A stretch of DNA of 64,000 nucleotides from a virus, in IMG/VR virus record IMGVR_UViG_3300046318_000529, positions 4,190-68,189 of that record; one strand, given 5' to 3'. Positions 18,992 through 28,510 of this stretch are shown here, one piece after another (the first letter of the stretch is position 1; each line of letters opens with the position of its first letter). A program made the position numbers and the translations under genes. Below the pieces are notes generated by a model. It made no database searches. It saw only the letters and a program-made list of their open reading frames with translations, and was not told the DNA's origin.

Positions 18992-19957
18992 ATGCCTAAT
19001 CCAAATATGAATGCTGTACACATTGATGTACCACTAAGTAACATTGCTATTGCTTTTATGCAATCTAGCGAAGGTTTTATCGCTAACCAAGTATTCCCAG
19101 TAGTACAAGTAAGCAAGAAATCAGACAAGTTTTATAAATATAAAAGAGAAGATTGGAACAGAGTTGAGATGAAACCTCGCGCTCCTGGTTCTGAATCAGC
19201 TGGCGGAGAGTACAACTTAGATACCGACTACTTCGTTTGTGAAGAGTTCGGCCTACACAAAGACGTTAATGATGCTGAAGTTGAGAATGCTGATAGCTTA
19301 TTCAACTTGCAAGCAGAAGCTGCTGAATGGTTAGCTATGCAACAAATGCTTTTCACTGAGAAAAAATGGTTTGACACCTTTTTCAAAACTGGCGTATGGG
19401 GCGTTGACACAACCGGTACGGCTTCTTTAGGTGGCGTTCTATCTAGCCCTACTTCAACACCTATTAAAGGTTTGAAAGAGCTTATCCGTAACCAACAACA
19501 AATTACCGCTGGCTACAAACCTAATACGCTAGTAATTGGCGCTAAAGTTTGGGATGCTCTTCAAAGTAATGATGACTTCTTGTCAAGAATCATTGGTGGT
19601 GCTACCATTTCTCAACCTGCTGAAGTTAGCAAACAGCTTTTAGCTAACATGCTAGGTATTGGTAAGATTTTGGTTTCTGAAGCCATCATCAACACGTCAG
19701 CACAAGGTGCTGCTGAGTCTAACAGCTTTGTTGCTTCTGACTCTATGTTGTTATGTTATGCAGCTCCTAAAGCTGGTATCAAAAAGCCTACCGCTGGTTA
19801 TAGCTTTGCTTGGACTGGTATGGGTGGAGTTGAAGGCTCTGCTATCAAAAGATTCCGTATGGAGCATTTAGAATCAGAAAGAGTTGAAATTAATTCTTCT
19901 TTCGTTCAAAAAGTTATCGCTCCTGAAATGGGAACTTTTATCCGTCCTTTAGTATAA
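18992..19957 (+). CDS. major capsid protein
   Basis: HIDVPLSNIAIA, FIANQVFPVV, R.PG, KPNTLVIG; strong RBS; followed by hairpin. Confidence 0.88.
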   Translation: MPNPNMNAVHIDVPLSNIAIAFMQSSEGFIANQVFPVVQVSKKSDKFYKYKREDWNRVEMKPRAPGSESAGGEYNLDTDYFVCEEFGLHKDVNDAEVENADSLFNLQAEAAEWLAMQQMLFTEKKWFDTFFKTGVWGVDTTGTASLGGVLSSPTSTPIKGLKELIRNQQQITAGYKPNTLVIGAKVWDALQSNDDFLSRIIGGATISQPAEVSKQLLANMLGIGKILVSEAIINTSAQGAAESNSFVASDSMLLCYAAPKAGIKKPTAGYSFAWTGMGGVEGSAIKRFRMEHLESERVEINSSFVQKVIAPEMGTFIRPLV

Positions 19958-19965
19958 TCTAAGTT

Positions 19966-19983
19966 TAGGGGCGAAAGCCCCTT
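19966..19983 (+). terminator. hairpin after MCP
   Basis: AGGGGC-GAAA-GCCCCTT. Confidence 0.65.
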
Positions 19984-19999
19984 CCCAGAGAGGTATTAA

Positions 20000-20293
20000 A
20001 TGGGATATTCAGTTACGCGACCATTGTTTTGGTTGCAAGATCACAATGAACACAAAAGAGGAGAGCCTGTTGGTAAACTAGCATTAATTGCTGTTGCCAG
20101 GGTAAAAATGCTTTGTGCTCAAGGTATTGTAGGAACAGAAGATGACCTAGTAGCTACAGCTTGTAAAGTTGAAGTTAAGGTTGTTGAAGTTGTAAAAGAG
20201 GAAGAAGTACTTGAAGAGGTTGTTGAGCCTGAAGAAGTATCTGCCCCTGTCTTAGAAGAAAAGAAAGATTACTCTAAAAAGAAAGGTAAATAA
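20000..20293 (+). CDS. hypothetical virion-associated protein
   Basis: GAGG RBS; Glu/Val-rich tail. Confidence 0.65.
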   Translation: MGYSVTRPLFWLQDHNEHKRGEPVGKLALIAVARVKMLCAQGIVGTEDDLVATACKVEVKVVEVVKEEEVLEEVVEPEEVSAPVLEEKKDYSKKKGK

Positions 20294-20295
20294 AT

Positions 20296-20715
20296 ATGTC
20301 TTGGTCATATTCAGGTGACCCATCTACGTCTAACGTTGATGCGGTTAGGTTTCTGATTGGTGACACAGACATCGCCGATCCTATTATGAGTAATGAAGAA
20401 ATATCTTGGCTCCTTACCCAACACGGGACACCAGCTAAGGCTGCTTACCATGCTGCCCTATCAGCAGCTGGCAAGTATGCAAGAATGGTTAATCAGGAGG
20501 CAGGAAGAATAAAAGTCAAAGCTGAAAGTAAGTTTTTGCATTACAAAATGCTTGCTGTACAACTTAGGGACGATATGATCTCAGGGTTTAGTGTAAGAAA
20601 CCTTAAAATGTATGCTGGTGGCATCTCTGTCTCTGACATGCAATCTAAGAATGCTAATACTGACAAAGTTCAAAACCCGTTCTCAATAGGTCAAGATGAC
20701 TACTATGAAAATTGA
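20296..20715 (+). CDS. head-tail adaptor
   Basis: WSYSGDP...VRFLIGDTD...SNEEI motif. Confidence 0.75.
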   Translation: MSWSYSGDPSTSNVDAVRFLIGDTDIADPIMSNEEISWLLTQHGTPAKAAYHAALSAAGKYARMVNQEAGRIKVKAESKFLHYKMLAVQLRDDMISGFSVRNLKMYAGGISVSDMQSKNANTDKVQNPFSIGQDDYYEN

Positions 20716-21154
20716 AATGGTGGTTAACTCAAAGGCTTTAAAGGCAATAAAACGAGAGTTAGCTAAGAAAATCAAAGTAGGTTATCTGAAAGATGACGGT
20801 GAGCATGACATCCCTTCCCCTTTATTAGCTTCAATACTACACAATGGTAACGAAGAGGTATTAATACCTCCTAGGCCATTCTTCAGCAACTTTAAGAACA
20901 ACTATAAGATGCAAATCGAAAGTGGACTTAAGTTGATGGCAGTTAAGGCTTTACAAGGTGAAAGTGGCCATGCAGAAGCTGGGTATATCTTTAAAACCAA
21001 TCTTAGAAAGGCCATAGAGGATTATAAGTTTGGTGCAGGTATGATAAACAAAGATAACACCAAATCGACCATCAAACAGAAAGGGTTTAACAAAGCCCTT
21101 ACAGAAGAAGGTTTCTTAGTGGAAGGTGTCGATTTTGAAACAGTCAATAACTAA
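20696..21154 (+). CDS. neck / tail-completion protein
   Basis: IKVGY, IPPRPF, STIKQKG. Confidence 0.65.
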   Translation: MTTMKIEMVVNSKALKAIKRELAKKIKVGYLKDDGEHDIPSPLLASILHNGNEEVLIPPRPFFSNFKNNYKMQIESGLKLMAVKALQGESGHAEAGYIFKTNLRKAIEDYKFGAGMINKDNTKSTIKQKGFNKALTEEGFLVEGVDFETVNN

Positions 21155-21165
21155 AGGTAACAGAA

Positions 21166-21525
21166 ATGACAACATTTGATCCAACTTCTGTTGGTTTTGT
21201 TAATCTGACAGTTACAAGACCTGGCACTGGTGGTACATATGTTCTTGGTTTATATCAAGAACCCGTAGCTACTACTTTTGTTATAAAAGCTAACATACAG
21301 CCATGTGACTTCGAGATTCTAAGAAAGATGCCTGAGCTTGAGAGAGCTGACGACGTTATTGTTATCTTTACCCCGACGGTTCTAAAAGTAGGTAGTCGTC
21401 CTAATAAACAGAAAGCAGATTACTTCACTTGGAATGGTGGGGTATATGAAGTGTTTAAGGCAGGAACATTCTCTATGGGTGTTCAGAACCACACAGAAGC
21501 TATCTGTGCAAGGATATCATCATGA
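21166..21525 (+). CDS. head-closure protein
   Basis: Position; ANIQP, ADYFTWNG.YEV. Confidence 0.6.
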   Translation: MTTFDPTSVGFVNLTVTRPGTGGTYVLGLYQEPVATTFVIKANIQPCDFEILRKMPELERADDVIVIFTPTVLKVGSRPNKQKADYFTWNGGVYEVFKAGTFSMGVQNHTEAICARISS

Positions 21526-22058
21526 TAAATGACACAGCCACACTACAAGAGCTTTTATTTATCTTAGGCCAGAACACAAGCCTAGGCCCTAGTAAATACG
21601 TCCTTTCTCACCACAACAGCCCACAACCTGACCTACCCTACGCTACCTTGAGTACTAGGGCTTTAACACCCTATGGAATGCTCCAGAATGGTGAAATAGA
21701 TAATGCAGGTAATAGGGAAGTGGTCGGTTGGTATAGGTGGGATGTAAGATTCTCATTCTTTGGTGACAACTCAGTAGGTTTAGCATTAGAAACTTTGACA
21801 GCACTTAACTTCGAGACAATCAGACTTCTTTACTTGCAAGAAGGTTTCAATCTGCTCCACTCAGGTGGTATAGAGAGAGCGCCTTATCTTGTGGATAACC
21901 TTTGGCGAGACAGTTCTTTTTTCATAGTATCCTTCCTTATTTCGGATAAAAACAACGAGTTTGTATCTTTCATAGAACACCTTGGTGTTACAGAAGGTAA
22001 ATTCTTACGTGGCCAGGGAGATCCTGACCCAATCATAAACAACTTCACAATTAATTAA
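21522..22058 (+). CDS. tail terminator / neck protein
   Basis: Directly before sheath; PQPDLPYAT. Confidence 0.6.
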   Translation: MINDTATLQELLFILGQNTSLGPSKYVLSHHNSPQPDLPYATLSTRALTPYGMLQNGEIDNAGNREVVGWYRWDVRFSFFGDNSVGLALETLTALNFETIRLLYLQEGFNLLHSGGIERAPYLVDNLWRDSSFFIVSFLISDKNNEFVSFIEHLGVTEGKFLRGQGDPDPIINNFTIN

Positions 22059-22070
22059 TCGAGGTATTTA

Positions 22071-23390
22071 ATGGCCGATATAGATCAAGTCATTACAGTC
22101 AATATCTCTAGGGAAACTTCTGCCGTTAGTCAAGTAGGCTTCGGTACAGGTATGTTCCTAGGTGATCATAGACGTTTTATCGAAAGATACAAATCTTATA
22201 AAAGTGCCGCAGAAGTATTAGCAGATGGTTTTGCATCAACAGATGCAGAGTACATTGTTGCTACTAAATTCTTCGGACAAGAACTTAAGCCAACGAAACT
22301 AGCTATTGGCCGCAGAAAGGCTGTTGATATTGCTACGTTAACTTTCTCAGCAGCAGTTTCAGGAACATCTTATAGCGTCACTGTTAATGGTGTTGTACTG
22401 AGTTATACTGCTGCTGGCATCATGACAGCCATTGCTGTTGCTGCTGCTTTTGAAACAGCTAATGCTGCTGGGTTTGTCACTGCTGGTATTACGTTCAGTG
22501 ATGCTGCTGCTGATGGCACTGCTACCATTACACCTACTGTTGCTGCTACACCTATTTCAATAGTTGGTGAGACATCTACTATTGTTATTGTAAACACGTA
22601 CACAGAAACATTGACAGATGCACTAGCTGCTGTTGCTGACGAAAACTCAGACTTCTTTGTAGTTATGGCTAAGTCACACATCAAAGCTGACCAACTTGAG
22701 TTGGCAACGGTTGTTGAGTCTATGGACAGAATATATGTTACATCATCTTCTGATGTTAACATTAAAAACCAATCAGCTGTAGTTGATACTACATCTATTG
22801 CAAGGGCCTTGAAAGATGGCTCTTACAACAATACCGCTCTTATGTATTCAGCTGTAGCTAACAGCCAATACCCTGAAGCAGCTTTTGTCGGCTATAACCT
22901 AAGCTACCAACCTGGTGAAAATACCTGGAAGTTTAAAACCCTTTCTGGAATCACTGTTGACAGTTTAACAACCACACAGATCAACAACATTAAAGCTAAA
23001 TACTGTAACTACTACACCAACATTCGTAATATTAATATTACATCTGAAGGCGTTACGTCATCATCTGAATTTTTGGATGTAACGGTAGGAGTGATGTGGT
23101 TTAAGGCTCGTTTAGCTGAAAGATTGTTCAACCTATTGATTAACGCACCTAAAATTCCTTATACCGCTGCTGGATTGGCTGCTGTACAAGCAGAAGTTCT
23201 TGGCCAACGTCAAGAGGGTATTGCATCTGGTTTCCTATCAGGAAGCAAGTCAGATTTAACAATAGTACCTAACATGAAAGATGTCTCATTTGCTGATAAA
23301 GCTACGAGAACATTAAACAATGTTAAGTTTGAATACAAATTAGCAGGCGCTGTACATTTTATCAATGTAGCCGGATCAGTTGTACTTTAA
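22071..23390 (+). CDS. contractile tail sheath (DUF3383)
   Basis: ITVNISRET, FFGQ..P, TWKFKTLSGI, KIPYT..G, LAGAVH. Confidence 0.9.
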   Translation: MADIDQVITVNISRETSAVSQVGFGTGMFLGDHRRFIERYKSYKSAAEVLADGFASTDAEYIVATKFFGQELKPTKLAIGRRKAVDIATLTFSAAVSGTSYSVTVNGVVLSYTAAGIMTAIAVAAAFETANAAGFVTAGITFSDAAADGTATITPTVAATPISIVGETSTIVIVNTYTETLTDALAAVADENSDFFVVMAKSHIKADQLELATVVESMDRIYVTSSSDVNIKNQSAVVDTTSIARALKDGSYNNTALMYSAVANSQYPEAAFVGYNLSYQPGENTWKFKTLSGITVDSLTTTQINNIKAKYCNYYTNIRNINITSEGVTSSSEFLDVTVGVMWFKARLAERLFNLLINAPKIPYTAAGLAAVQAEVLGQRQEGIASGFLSGSKSDLTIVPNMKDVSFADKATRTLNNVKFEYKLAGAVHFINVAGSVVL

Positions 23391-23402
23391 GGGGCATAAA
23401 AA

Positions 23403-23843
23403 ATGGCATACGACAAAACACGTCAATACAGCCCTTCAGATATTAAATTTATCTTTGGCGGTGTTGAGATTACTGGCTTAGCTGACGGTACCTTTTTAGG
23501 TCTCGAATTCGGCTCTGACAGGTTCATGAAAACGGTAGGAGCTGATGGCTCTGTTGTCCGTACAAGATCAGCAGATGAAAGTGCTGTTATTACTTTAACA
23601 CTCCTCCAAAGCTCTATATCTAACGATATTTTAAATGCTTTTGATGCAGCTGATTTTGAAGGGTTAACAGGCGCTCTACCTATGATCATCAAAGATGCAA
23701 ATGGTAACAGCTTATATACAGCTGACAAATGCTGGATCTCTAAGCGTCCTTCTGTTGAGTTCGGTAAAGAGCTTGGCACGAGAGCATGGGAATTCACTGT
23801 TGACCATGTATTCGCTATCACTGGTTCTTCTAATCAGTTATAA
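23403..23843 (+). CDS. tail tube protein
   Basis: YSP, ITGLADG, VGADG, ITLTLLQSS.SN, R.WEF. Confidence 0.88.
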   Translation: MAYDKTRQYSPSDIKFIFGGVEITGLADGTFLGLEFGSDRFMKTVGADGSVVRTRSADESAVITLTLLQSSISNDILNAFDAADFEGLTGALPMIIKDANGNSLYTADKCWISKRPSVEFGKELGTRAWEFTVDHVFAITGSSNQL

Positions 23844-23858
23844 TAAATAATGATGCGA

Positions 23859-24135
23859 GTCAGATATGTTGGCAACAACATTACATCACACCACCTGAAA
23901 AGGTCATCTCCTAGAGAGCTGGCCTTGACAGGTCAGCCAGTGGCGGTAAGGGTGATCTGTGCAGTCCCCGCACTTGGGATGGCCTGTGAGACAGGTGAAG
24001 GTGTGGTTAACCCCGCTAGAGATCGCATCTCTAGTCTGACGTCACTAAGCTATATGTTGTTACTGTTTATCGGGGGCAACATTTAGTGACGTTTCTTTCA
24101 ATGCTCACCTGTAATAGGGTGGGCATTATTTTTTT
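23859..24135 (+). ncRNA. putative large structured non-coding RNA
   Basis: GC-enriched intergenic segment made of nested perfect helices, two GNRA tetraloops and a terminal intrinsic terminator. Confidence 0.6.
24100..24135 (+). terminator. rho-independent terminator
   Basis: AATGCTCACCT...GGGTGGGCATT followed by ATTTTTTT. Confidence 0.75.
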
Positions 24136-24136
24136 G

Positions 24137-24165
24137 TTGACAACACACCTGTATCAATTTATAAT
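24137..24165 (+). promoter_or_regulatory. consensus sigma70 promoter
   Basis: TTGACA-17 nt-TATAAT, perfect match. Confidence 0.8.
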
Positions 24166-24209
24166 TTTCTTGTCTAGGGCAATTACAAATTAACACCAAA
24201 GAGGCGTTT

Positions 24210-24839
24210 ATGATTTTTCCTTTTAAAATAGAATACGAAGGGTATTTAACACAATCAAAACTTCTGGGGATCTTAAAACAAATACCAGAAATAACATTCC
24301 TTGGGGAGGAGGTTAAAGTTAGCCCTAAGTCCAGGAGGAGATGGGACATGTTGTTTAAGAAAGGTGAACAGGTATTAGCAATAGAGTTTGATGGGGACAG
24401 TCACTACCAAAACTCATTAGTATCTAAATCAGACAAAGAGAAGAACAAAGAAGCAGAGTCACAAGGGATAACAGTGGTTAGGGTTCCTTTCTTTATACAA
24501 CTGGACAGTGATGTTTTTGAAATACTTTTTGGTTTCAGGCCTTCTGTTGAGATATTGAACAATTTTCCTAGTGGTTTCATAACAACAAAAACATTCCCTT
24601 GTTCTTTCGGTGATATAGGCATTTCTAGACTTTTCCATGAAGTTAAAGACATGCCAGAAAAAACAAAGAAAGAGGTAGTGCAGAGTTTGATTGATAGGTC
24701 TTTAGTCTATGGAGAGGAATATGTGTGGCCCCCTTCCTTTAAAAGGACAGCGATAGGGATAATTGAGGAGTTCGGAGGAGAAGAAAAGGATTATTCCTTA
24801 AAAGAAGACCTTGACATTTTCTTCAATGTACTACAATAG
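24210..24839 (+). CDS. PD-(D/E)XK Vsr/DUF559-like endonuclease domain protein (moron)
   Basis: RWDM...LAIEFDGDSHY...DKEKN..A...GITVVRVPF. Confidence 0.72.
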   Translation: MIFPFKIEYEGYLTQSKLLGILKQIPEITFLGEEVKVSPKSRRRWDMLFKKGEQVLAIEFDGDSHYQNSLVSKSDKEKNKEAESQGITVVRVPFFIQLDSDVFEILFGFRPSVEILNNFPSGFITTKTFPCSFGDIGISRLFHEVKDMPEKTKKEVVQSLIDRSLVYGEEYVWPPSFKRTAIGIIEEFGGEEKDYSLKEDLDIFFNVLQ

Positions 24840-24850
24840 ATTAAATAAAA

Positions 24851-24879
24851 TTGACAAAGTTTGTATAACATAGTAAAAT
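24851..24879 (+). promoter_or_regulatory. sigma70-like promoter re-starting the tail operon
   Basis: TTGACA-17 nt-TAAAAT. Confidence 0.6.
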
Positions 24880-24912
24880 ACAAGCTGACATTAAACATTT
24901 AGGAGATAGGCA

Positions 24913-25284
24913 ATGATAAAGTTGTGCGAAGTAAATATTGATGGCAAGTACTATAGCTTTAACCAATACACGGCGTCTAAAGGGCTTAACATTCTTAAGC
25001 GTGTCGCTAAAGTAGCAGGCCCAGCTATTATAACTGCTATGCAAGAAGGCAGGGGTTTCGGATTAGATCTTCTCCGTGATGCCGCTCAAGAGCTTGTTAT
25101 GGGCCTTGACCAAGAAGACCTAGGACAACTATGTAAAGACATCTTAGCTGATGTAAAAATCGATAACAAGCCTATTTCCTTTGACCTCCACTATGGTGCT
25201 AACTACAGAGAACTGTTCAAAGCAGTTTTTGAAGTACTCAAAGGTAACTTCTCTGATTTTTTGGAACAAAAAGATTCTCAGTAG
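24913..25284 (+). CDS. tail assembly chaperone (gpG-like)
   Basis: Between tube and tape measure; FDLHYGANY...NFSDFL; AGGAG RBS. Confidence 0.75.
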   Translation: MIKLCEVNIDGKYYSFNQYTASKGLNILKRVAKVAGPAIITAMQEGRGFGLDLLRDAAQELVMGLDQEDLGQLCKDILADVKIDNKPISFDLHYGANYRELFKAVFEVLKGNFSDFLEQKDSQ

Positions 25285-25490
25285 CCAGCTCAGAGTCTGA
25301 AGTACACCCAGTAAGCAAAAAAATTGCTAAAGAATCACAATTAGAGTTAACCTTGTGGAGGCCAGTTCTCGCCAAGGTGGCCTCATGGCATGAAGTATCA
25401 ACATATTGGACAATCAACGACTTATACGATTGTATTGAGGCGCTTGATATAGAACACGCCTACGAGGCACACCAAAACAAAAAAGGTTAG
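25257..25490 (+). CDS. tail chaperone frameshift extension (gpGT-like, -1 frame; not in ORF track)
   Basis: T TTT TTG slippery site at 25257-25263; -1 frame opens right after a TGA and reads ...LWRPVLAKVASWHEVSTYWTINDLYDCIEALD... to TAG 25490. Confidence 0.72.
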   Translation, partial: FFGTKRFSVASSESEVHPVSKKIAKESQLELTLWRPVLAKVASWHEVSTYWTINDLYDCIEALDIEHAYEAHQNKKG

Positions 25491-25494
25491 ACTA

Positions 25495-27443
25495 ATGGAA
25501 AACTTATCCGGTGCGATAGCCCAATTCTTTGCCACTTTATCTATCAAAATAGACAAGGCTGGCATTGACACTGCACTAAAATCAATGAAGGCTCTTGTTG
25601 AATCAAGCAACGAATTAGCCGTTAAACTCCATGTAGCTCTTGATACCAGTGGCATAAAATCTCAATTAACTAAAGTAAAAGAACAACTCAACCTGACAGT
25701 AAACACAGCTACTGCAAAAGAGGCTACATCTAGTCAAATAAGAAAAGTAAAAGATAAGGTCACTAGGGGAGATCTAATAAAAGCTGCCGACATCCACACA
25801 AATATGGTGAAGGATGTTGGGCCTAATAGACTTGAGAACATGCTTAACCAAGCTGACCATCTTAAAAATGTCATGGCTGAGATGGATAAAGGCACACTAA
25901 ACCTTGCACAAGACTTTAAGGGGCGCCTAATACCCACTTCAGAACAGTTAGGTGTGTCCTTTAAAAAGCTTCAAGGACAAATAGAACTTTTAAGGACACA
26001 AAACTTGTCCCCTAAAGCTACCAAAAACATGGTCAGCAGGGTACAAACCTCCTCCAAAGAGCTTGAGTCACTTTTACCTATTATGGGTGCTGAGAATGCT
26101 AAACCTATGGCTACTTTAGCTAACAGAAGATTAGCAGATATCTCAGCACTAGACAAGGCTGGCACTAAAGGTTTCGAGCCTTCTAAGGCTATCTTTGAGG
26201 AAGTTATCAGGAAGGCCAGTAAAACTCTCGGAGATGCGTCACAAGGCAAGGCACAGGAGATTAATAGGTCACAGTACAACAGGACGTTAGATAGGCTTAA
26301 AGAGCACGCTGCGCAGATTAAGGAGGGTTTAAGTAACCTTGCGCCTAGTCAAAGATCATTTGGTGCAAGAGCATTGCCTCAATTAAAAGCTAACACTGGT
26401 GTTTTTGGTAAAGATGACCAAAACTTCATCTCTGGATATGAAAAACTTCTAGTATCTCAAAGAGAAGTTGCTAAAAATAACAGAACTATTAATGAGCTTA
26501 AGAAATATGAGCATCAAATTAATAGAGAGTTAGCTAAAGATGACGCATCTGCTGCTATCAAACAGTCAGCTACTTATTCAAAAAGAATAAGAGAGCTTAA
26601 GTCGCTTATCAGTAATGAAGAAAAGCTCCTTAAGACAATGTACGAGAAGAAGAATGGTAAAGGAAGCTTTAGGCCAGGCTCTGAAGAAGCTAGAAAGTTC
26701 TCTTTAAGTGAGCCATACCTCAACGCTTTACCTAGACGTGGCCCTAATACAGGCCTTCTTGAGGCACAATCTCAAGACCTACTTAACAGGTTGTTATTAT
26801 CTGAGGTAGCCCTTAAAGAGCGAATTAGCGGCGTACAACAAAGAATAAATAGTTCTGAAATAGGTTCTATTGAAAACAACAAAGCTTTGATTGAGCTGCA
26901 AAAAGTACAGAGTAACCTTCAATCAGTTATGAGTTCTAAAATGGCTGTAGCAGGAGATGCTTCTGTTGCCCGTTATAGAGCGGAAGAAGTATCGATACGT
27001 AATCAAGAAAGATCACTAGGTGGCTTCTTACAACGTACCAGAACATTAATGACAGGTATCAGGGACATAGCTAATAACATATTCCTACCCTTCATTGCTT
27101 TCTCTGGTGCTAAATACATCAGTGATGTAGCTGCTAAAGTATCATCACTTAAAGCTAGCTTAGAGGCTATTACAGGCAGTACAGCCGCAGGAGCAGATGA
27201 GTTTGCCTTCTTAGAAGCAGAAGCTAAAAGGTTAGGTGTCACATTAGGTGGCGTAGGTAAAGAATACGTTAAGCTTGTAGGTTCAACAACCTTATCAGGT
27301 ATTGACAGTAAAGTGACCAGAGACCTTTTCACAGGGGTATCACAGTCTGCTGCTGTCTTTAACCTTGATGATCAAGAAACAGGAAGAGTATTAACCGCAC
27401 TAGGTCAAATTGCCTCTAAAGGTAAGGTATATTCTGAAGAGCT
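25495..27443 (+). CDS. tape measure protein, exon 1
   Basis: Long helical protein ending ALGQIASKGKVYSEEL at the intron 5' splice site. Confidence 0.88.
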
Positions 27444-28510
27444 TAAATATAGGCTCGCGGCATAGTAATATGTCGAAAAATAAATCTCTTTAATTGCTGG
27501 AAACACTTGTTAAGTGTTGACTACTAACTAGGATAGTGATAACCTAGACAGTAATAATGTCAACAATAGAGTCAATCAGCAGGTAAGAATCTTAGAAAAC
27601 TCTGAACACCAGTAGGAGGATAAATGAACGAGAAAATTATAGACGGTAAGATAGTCAGAATGAGCAATAAGCACGAAGGGTATGGTTCCACTAGATGTGG
27701 GATTGTTTATTTGTGGTCAACTGAGAAAAAGGCAAGAGTGCACCTTAGGGGTGGTGGGAATTCTACACCATACCACTGCTTTAATTGCCGTAAGAATGGC
27801 AAAAACAACTCAGCCTTCGTGCATGTAGTTGTTGCGGATTGTTGGGTATTTAATGATTCCCCAGATCACAAAATAGTGGTCAACCATATTGACGGGGACA
27901 AGAACAACAATCATTCAGAAAACCTAGAGTGGTGTACAAGGTCTCAAAACCAAAGGCACGCCTTTAGTACAGGACTATCCCCTAAAGGTGCTGATCACCC
28001 TAACTCCTACCTAGACCCTAACCAAGTCCATTTAATCTGCCAAAGACTACAAGAGGGGTGGAGGGTGAAGGACATAACAGACAGTTTTGGCGTGCCCCAG
28101 ACTGTCATAAAAAAGATAAAAAGTGGTGATTCTTATATTAATATAAGAAGTTTATACATTATAGAAAACAAATTTTATTATTCACTATCTGAAAGTACAG
28201 TAAGATGGGTGTGTGAAAGGATGAAGGAAGGTCTCTCTGATAAGAAGATATCTTTAATCTCCTCTAACAAAAACTTAAGCGTTATCGAAGTAAGAAGGAT
28301 ACGCAATAAAATCAGGTATAAAACTATATCTGATGAATATCTCTAAGATTAAACTCCAACGATCAGCCGAAAGGCGTAGGGCCAAGTGGCCCGAAATGGG
28401 AGACAACGTAACAAGTAATGTTGACGTTGAAGATATGATCTGGTCTGCATGGAGACATGCAGCAGCCTTTACAGGCGGGTAATGTTTAACGCACATTATT
28501 GAACAAAACG
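27444..28510 (+). mobile_element. group I intron (IA2-like) carrying HNH ORF
   Basis: P1 GAGCU/GGCUC with U.G; P AAUUGCUGGAAA; Q AAUCAGCAGG; P7 GAUCA/UGAUC; P7.1/7.2 hairpins; S AAGAUAUGAUCU; P9 hairpins; terminal G; splicing restores frame. Confidence 0.9.
27624..28346 (+). CDS. intron-encoded HNH homing endonuclease
   Basis: VHVVVA..W, VNHIDGDKNNNHSENLEWCTRSQNQRHA, HTH-like C-terminus; AGGAGG RBS. Confidence 0.9.
   Translation: MNEKIIDGKIVRMSNKHEGYGSTRCGIVYLWSTEKKARVHLRGGGNSTPYHCFNCRKNGKNNSAFVHVVVADCWVFNDSPDHKIVVNHIDGDKNNNHSENLEWCTRSQNQRHAFSTGLSPKGADHPNSYLDPNQVHLICQRLQEGWRVKDITDSFGVPQTVIKKIKSGDSYINIRSLYIIENKFYYSLSESTVRWVCERMKEGLSDKKISLISSNKNLSVIEVRRIRNKIRYKTISDEYL

Noticed and set aside
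23850-24086. 78-aa ORF over the structured element
   Set aside because: No RBS, atypical composition, and the sequence is better explained by dense base-pairing.
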